Of a stretch of DNA of 64,000 nucleotides, positions 60,037 to 64,000 are shown piece after piece. The notes under the pieces were generated by a model that searched no databases, was not told where the DNA came from, and saw only the letters and a list, made by a program, of their open reading frames with translations. The number at the start of each line of letters is the position of its first letter. The first letter of the stretch is position 1. Source of the DNA: Phycisphaerae bacterium. Lineage in GTDB: Bacteria; Planctomycetota; Phycisphaerae; UBA1845; Fen-1342. The stretch is from the NCBI GenBank assembly GCA_963666925.2, contig CAXXTC010000005.1, positions 126,108 through 190,107 on the forward strand, given 5' to 3'. Made by a program: the position numbers and the translations under genes.

Positions 60037-61026
60037 TTATGCGCTGCCCGTACCGTAGTAGTCGAGCAGTTCATCACGATCGAACACAGGGCCATCCTGA
60101 CAAGTCAGCCCCCAGCGCCACCCGCTGGACTGGTTCGGCTCACGCAAACGCGTGACGCAGGACAGGCAGGTACCGATACCACAACCCATGTTGCGCTCGA
60201 TCGAAAGCTGACACGGCAAACCGAACTGGCGGGTTAGCGTCGCGAGAGCTTTCAGCATCGGATCGGGGCCACAGGCGAAGACGATCGCATCGTTGGCCGG
60301 ACGATCGTTGCGCCAGATGCGTAGGGCGTCGGTAACGCGGCCCGGCAACCCGAGCGAACCATCGTCGGTGGTAATCGTGGCCGGAAAATCGGCGCTGCCG
60401 GGAAGCTGACAGCACGGCTGGGGCACGCCGGTGATGCTGGGTGTCGCGGTGAGAATGAGCGGGAGCAGTTCTCTGGTAGTGGCACCACAGATAAGCGTGA
60501 CATCGCGCCAAGCCAACTCGGCCAGTCGGCGAGCCAGGTACAAAAGTGGCGGTATCCCGACGCCGCCACCAATGAGAATAGCGGGGGTTTGTTGGGCGGG
60601 AATCCTGAATCCGGACCCGAGCGGGCCGGTGAGGTTCAGCGTATCGCCAACTTGCAGCCGCTTGAGCCACCGCGTGCCCACACCAACAGATCGCGAGATC
60701 AGTCGCAACCGGGATATCCCCGGGCGAAGATCGACGTGATCAGCAATACTGAATGGGCGCCGCAGATAGGGTTGCCGAGCGAGCAGATCAGGATCGCGAA
60801 GTGACGGCATGCCGTCAGCCGGCCAATCGCAGATCGAGCCAGCGGGCGCGTCTGGATTGTAGCAGCGGATCTGAACAAACTGGCCGGGTGTAGAGGGTGG
60901 CAGGCCAGCGAGTTCCACGTCGATGGCGACATGCTCGCGACAGATGTTGTATAGCGCGCTGACGCGCGCGTCCGCGGAACAGATTGTATCCGGCCGCGTG
61001 TTGGCGTTGTCGTTGGCGTTGGGCAT
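60037..61026 (-). CDS. pyrK: Dihydroorotate dehydrogenase electron transfer subunit
   Basis: PGQFV, LRRPFSI, GPLGSGF, GGGVGIPP, ACGPDPM, MGCGIGTCLSC, CQDGPVF. Confidence 0.88.
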   Translation of the reverse strand: MPNANDNANTRPDTICSADARVSALYNICREHVAIDVELAGLPPSTPGQFVQIRCYNPDAPAGSICDWPADGMPSLRDPDLLARQPYLRRPFSIADHVDLRPGISRLRLISRSVGVGTRWLKRLQVGDTLNLTGPLGSGFRIPAQQTPAILIGGGVGIPPLLYLARRLAELAWRDVTLICGATTRELLPLILTATPSITGVPQPCCQLPGSADFPATITTDDGSLGLPGRVTDALRIWRNDRPANDAIVFACGPDPMLKALATLTRQFGLPCQLSIERNMGCGIGTCLSCVTRLREPNQSSGWRWGLTCQDGPVFDRDELLDYYGTGSA

Positions 61027-61148
61027 GGGCTCTTTCGGTTGTCGGTCGAAGCCTGGTTTCGGCCTGCGGGCAAGGCGTGAGAATGCCACCGACGCTGCCG
61101 GCACATCCACTGCGATCTCGCCGCGGGTGCGAGTGTATCGCGCGGGGT

Positions 61149-61193
61149 AAAAAAAAACTTCCGGGACCAGACCTTGGGGCCGATCCCGGAAGT
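61149..61193 (-). terminator. Strong intrinsic terminator
   Basis: Minus-strand ACTTCCGGGATCGGCC-loop-GGTCTGGTCCCGGAAG followed by T9. Confidence 0.85.
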
Positions 61194-61259
61194 GCGCCAC
61201 GGCTAGAACAGCCGCTAATCTCAGTGTAAGTCGACGCGGATTAAACCCGACAGTCGACA
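61149..61259 (-). ncRNA. Candidate small RNA or attenuator leader (~110 nt)
   Basis: Bounded by a promoter and a terminator; internal hairpins GTCGAC..GTCGAC and GCGGCT..AGCCGT. Confidence 0.5.
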
Positions 61260-61265
61260 AGGAGG

Positions 61266-61294
61266 ACTATATCAAATCGGGCGGCGGGTGTCCA
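61266..61294 (-). promoter_or_regulatory. Sigma70-type promoter
   Basis: Minus-strand TGGACA-N17-TATAGT. Confidence 0.65.
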
Positions 61295-61495
61295 CAGAAA
61301 GCCGGGGTTTTGCCACGACAGGCACATCTTCGCTAACTTATTTGTTATAGCACAGTTACAACGCCCAAACCGAACCCAGCCGGGGTGCCAAACGGCCACC
61401 GTAAGCGCGCACGACAATTTAGGGCATGAACGGGGTCACCGGGCGAGTCGGATCCGCTTTGAGGGAAACCCCGCGGCACGGCAAAAGGTGGATGG

Positions 61496-63091
61496 TTATG
61501 GTTGCTCGGTGCGCCACTTCTCAAGCAGTTGGCGCAACTTGGGTTCCTCGTCGGAGCGCAGAACGTGAGCAAGATCAATTGCCTCACGCAAGGTCTTGAT
61601 CGCGTCGGCGGACCGTCCCAGTTCGTGGTACCCGTGGGCCAGTTGGCGCGCGCCGGTGAGCTGGCTGATCAGATCATCACCATCACGCAGTTGATCGCAG
61701 GCCAGTTCGTACTGTTCGAGCGACTCGTTGGGGAGCTTCATCTCCGCGTACACGCTGCCCAGCACGAGCCGCACCGACGGTTTCGCGTCATCACTGGCAA
61801 GCTCCAGGCATTTCTGCAAAGCCGCCAGGGCGTCCGGCCAGCGCTGCACTCGCCGACAACACTCACCCATGTACAGCCACGCCGTGGCTTCATGCCGGGA
61901 AGAACCCAGTTCGTGCGCCAGGGTGATTGTTCGGCGATGCATGTTGATGGCATCGTCGATTCGTCCGAGGCGATCATAAACCAGCGCCAGGCGATTGGTG
62001 GCGGAGAGCTGTCCAACGCGATCGTCGAGCGTGCCTAACATGTCGTTCAGCGTGCTCAACCAATTGGCCGCCTGAGTCAGGTTCTCATTGATGAACTGGT
62101 TACGGGCTTCCTCGTCGAGCGGCTGGTCAGGCACGGGTTGGCGACTGATGAAACAATCAACCAGCACGTTAATGGCGTTGATCTGACCATAAACGTCGTT
62201 ATTGTTAAATGCCAGATTCAGGGCCGTCTCGGCACGCGTGCGGGCTGCCGCCGAGGCCCCCTCCAGTTGCAAGATGGCACACTGACCGAGTTCGGCCACA
62301 GCCCGATCGAGGGGATCCTTCGCCTGGCGAGCATGATTAGCCAGAATGCGGAAGTGAGTAGCGGCCTCGCGATACCCCCGCAAGCGCATCTCGATCTGGG
62401 CGAGCAGGTGCTGGGCGGCACGGAAATGCTTGTCGTTGCGCAGTGACAACTCGATCAGCCGCAGTGCTTCGCGCGGATCATCCTTTCGGTCGGCCTGCTT
62501 GGCACGGGCGAAGTACTCGATCGCGGTGAGCGATTCGCTGGGCCGCTCATGGGCCGGGCTGTCAGCCGGAGTGGTCACGGGCTCGGCACGGCGTTGGTGC
62601 AACACGTGGTCCGTGGCCTGGTCGACGACGTCGTAGAAACGTCCGCTGAACTGCACCGAGCCGGGCATCTCCTGCGTTGTCGTTAGGTCGATGAAGTTGA
62701 GCGTAAGCGTAACATCCGCGGCCCGCCCGGCGCAGCTTCCCGAAATGAGCTGTCGGGCACCCAGGGCACGAGCCACGGTCGGCCAATCGGGAGGGATCGC
62801 GGCCGGTCCCTGAAGTTCGCGGCGGGCTTGGTAAGCGCGAGTGGTGGGAATGGCGATCACGCCGGCGCTGCGACGCAACCGCCAGGTGATAACCTCCTCG
62901 ACGGCAACGCTGATCCAGGCATCGCGTGGGTCGCCGTCGGCAGCGGGCTGGATGCCGGCAATCAGCAGCCGCGGATCGGCGTTGGCGGGCTGCGAAGTGC
63001 TGTCCTGAGCCCGGGCGGCGACAGTCCAGATCCCCGGGGCCAGCGCAACGAGCAGCAGGGCAGGCAGTTGTCGGTGGCGTAAACGAAGCAT
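61496..63091 (-). CDS. Secreted TPR-repeat protein with TolB-N/FlgO-like N-terminal domain
   Basis: GGAGG then ATG 63091; signal peptide; LGARQLISGS; ESLTAIEYF; many TPR helices. Confidence 0.8.
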   Translation of the reverse strand: MLRLRHRQLPALLLVALAPGIWTVAARAQDSTSQPANADPRLLIAGIQPAADGDPRDAWISVAVEEVITWRLRRSAGVIAIPTTRAYQARRELQGPAAIPPDWPTVARALGARQLISGSCAGRAADVTLTLNFIDLTTTQEMPGSVQFSGRFYDVVDQATDHVLHQRRAEPVTTPADSPAHERPSESLTAIEYFARAKQADRKDDPREALRLIELSLRNDKHFRAAQHLLAQIEMRLRGYREAATHFRILANHARQAKDPLDRAVAELGQCAILQLEGASAAARTRAETALNLAFNNNDVYGQINAINVLVDCFISRQPVPDQPLDEEARNQFINENLTQAANWLSTLNDMLGTLDDRVGQLSATNRLALVYDRLGRIDDAINMHRRTITLAHELGSSRHEATAWLYMGECCRRVQRWPDALAALQKCLELASDDAKPSVRLVLGSVYAEMKLPNESLEQYELACDQLRDGDDLISQLTGARQLAHGYHELGRSADAIKTLREAIDLAHVLRSDEEPKLRQLLEKWRTEQP

Positions 63092-63349
63092 CGGTTCAAA
63101 CACCTCCCATGGCAACGGGCCGAGTGAGTTCCGCAGTGGCAACGCCGCGCCGCTGGCCTGCGGGGGCGGCGGGGGCGGCGATCTCACGCCGATGGCGCCA
63201 CCGTACCGCGGAGAATGGGTAGGTGACAAGCCGAGAGCGCCCTGGTCGTCTTTGGTTTCCAGGCGGCGAACGATGAAGTAGAATCCGTTTGGCTGGCTGC
63301 CGGGCGTGCACCGGCTGGTGTTTCAGTAGTATCTGCGGAGGTAACTCCG

Positions 63350-64000
63350 ATGAGAGTCGCTGTGCTGGCGTTGTTCTGTATGGGGATGGTCTGTGGAAAT
63401 CTGGCGCTGGCAGACCTAGAAGAGGGCGCCTACGCCCCGGATATCGAAGCGAAAGAATGGATCAACACCAACGAGCAGATCTCGCTGATCGAGCTGCGGG
63501 GGATGGTAGTGGTACTGTTCTTCTGGGCTTCGTGGGAGCCGGCTGGAAATGCGCTGTTGCCGGCGATGAACGACGTACAGGCACAATTCACGCGCGCCCG
63601 GGGCGTTTACATCATCGGCCTGACGGACGCAGACCGGGCACGAGTCTGGGAAACGATCGACAAGCAGGAGGTCCGTTTCCCGGTGGGGCTACAATCGGAA
63701 ACCTACAAAGAATACGACATCAGTGAGTTCCCACGGGTCGTCATCATTGACCCGGTCGGGAAGGTGCAGTGGTCGGACTGGCCGTTCGGCAGCGGAGGTG
63801 GAAGCAACACGCTGACCTCGGCGATTTCGAACGTGATCGAGAACACCCCGCCGACCAAGACGCACCCGCTGGACGCCGCCCGGGCCCATCGTCTGCTCAA
63901 GGAGGCGCGCCAGGCCCTGGCGGAGAGCGACATAGAAAACGCGATTGAGGATGCCTACTTCGCCTACGACGCGTCCCTGACGGGGGACCAGTTGAAGACC
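63350..64000 (+). CDS. Secreted TlpA/redoxin-fold protein lacking CxxC (partial, runs off window end)
   Basis: Not in the ORF track. GGAGG then ATG 63350; MRVAVLALF..APDIEAKEWIN..LRGMVVVLFFWASWEPAG..FPRVVIIDPVGKV. Confidence 0.8.
   Translation, partial: MRVAVLALFCMGMVCGNLALADLEEGAYAPDIEAKEWINTNEQISLIELRGMVVVLFFWASWEPAGNALLPAMNDVQAQFTRARGVYIIGLTDADRARVWETIDKQEVRFPVGLQSETYKEYDISEFPRVVIIDPVGKVQWSDWPFGSGGGSNTLTSAISNVIENTPPTKTHPLDAARAHRLLKEARQALAESDIENAIEDAYFAYDASLTGDQLKT

Noticed and set aside
61334..61358. TAACT-N15-AGTTA inverted repeat as a dif or recombination site
   Set aside because: Only 5-bp arms and a poor match to the XerC/XerD consensus; no recombinase nearby.

Overview
High-GC bacterial chromosome segment that is most likely Planctomycetota, class Phycisphaerae. 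This is inferred from a dockerin-like C-terminal tail, an HYExAFE-family gene, a TPR/double alpha-CTD protein and GTGG-type REP palindromes. Most genes are housekeeping or envelope genes: partial YedE, porin, amt, rnc, EF-G paralogue, RRM protein, Fur/RHH-znuACB, yajC-tgt, metH, tilS, recR-ybaB-dnaX-ffs, purB, PMM, wecB, DegT, ruvB and pyrK. The most interesting items are: (1) a four-gene operon of coiled coil, non-catalytic FGE-fold protein, Zn-ribbon TRAFAC GTPase and GAP1-N-like protein, resembling GTPase-centred conflict systems but with no recognisable effector; (2) a 250-bp ISL3-type MITE with an 8-bp target duplication that splits a Ser/Thr kinase-CHASE2 gene from a FecR-like lipoprotein gene; (3) a candidate ~110-nt sRNA or attenuator with its own promoter and terminator upstream of pyrK; (4) an A10 slippery site in dnaX; (5) several degenerate-active-site paralogues. 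Three genes carry frameshifts at simple repeats, which may be sequencing errors. No CRISPR array, rRNA or tRNA was recognised. All calls are by eye from motifs; no database searches were run.
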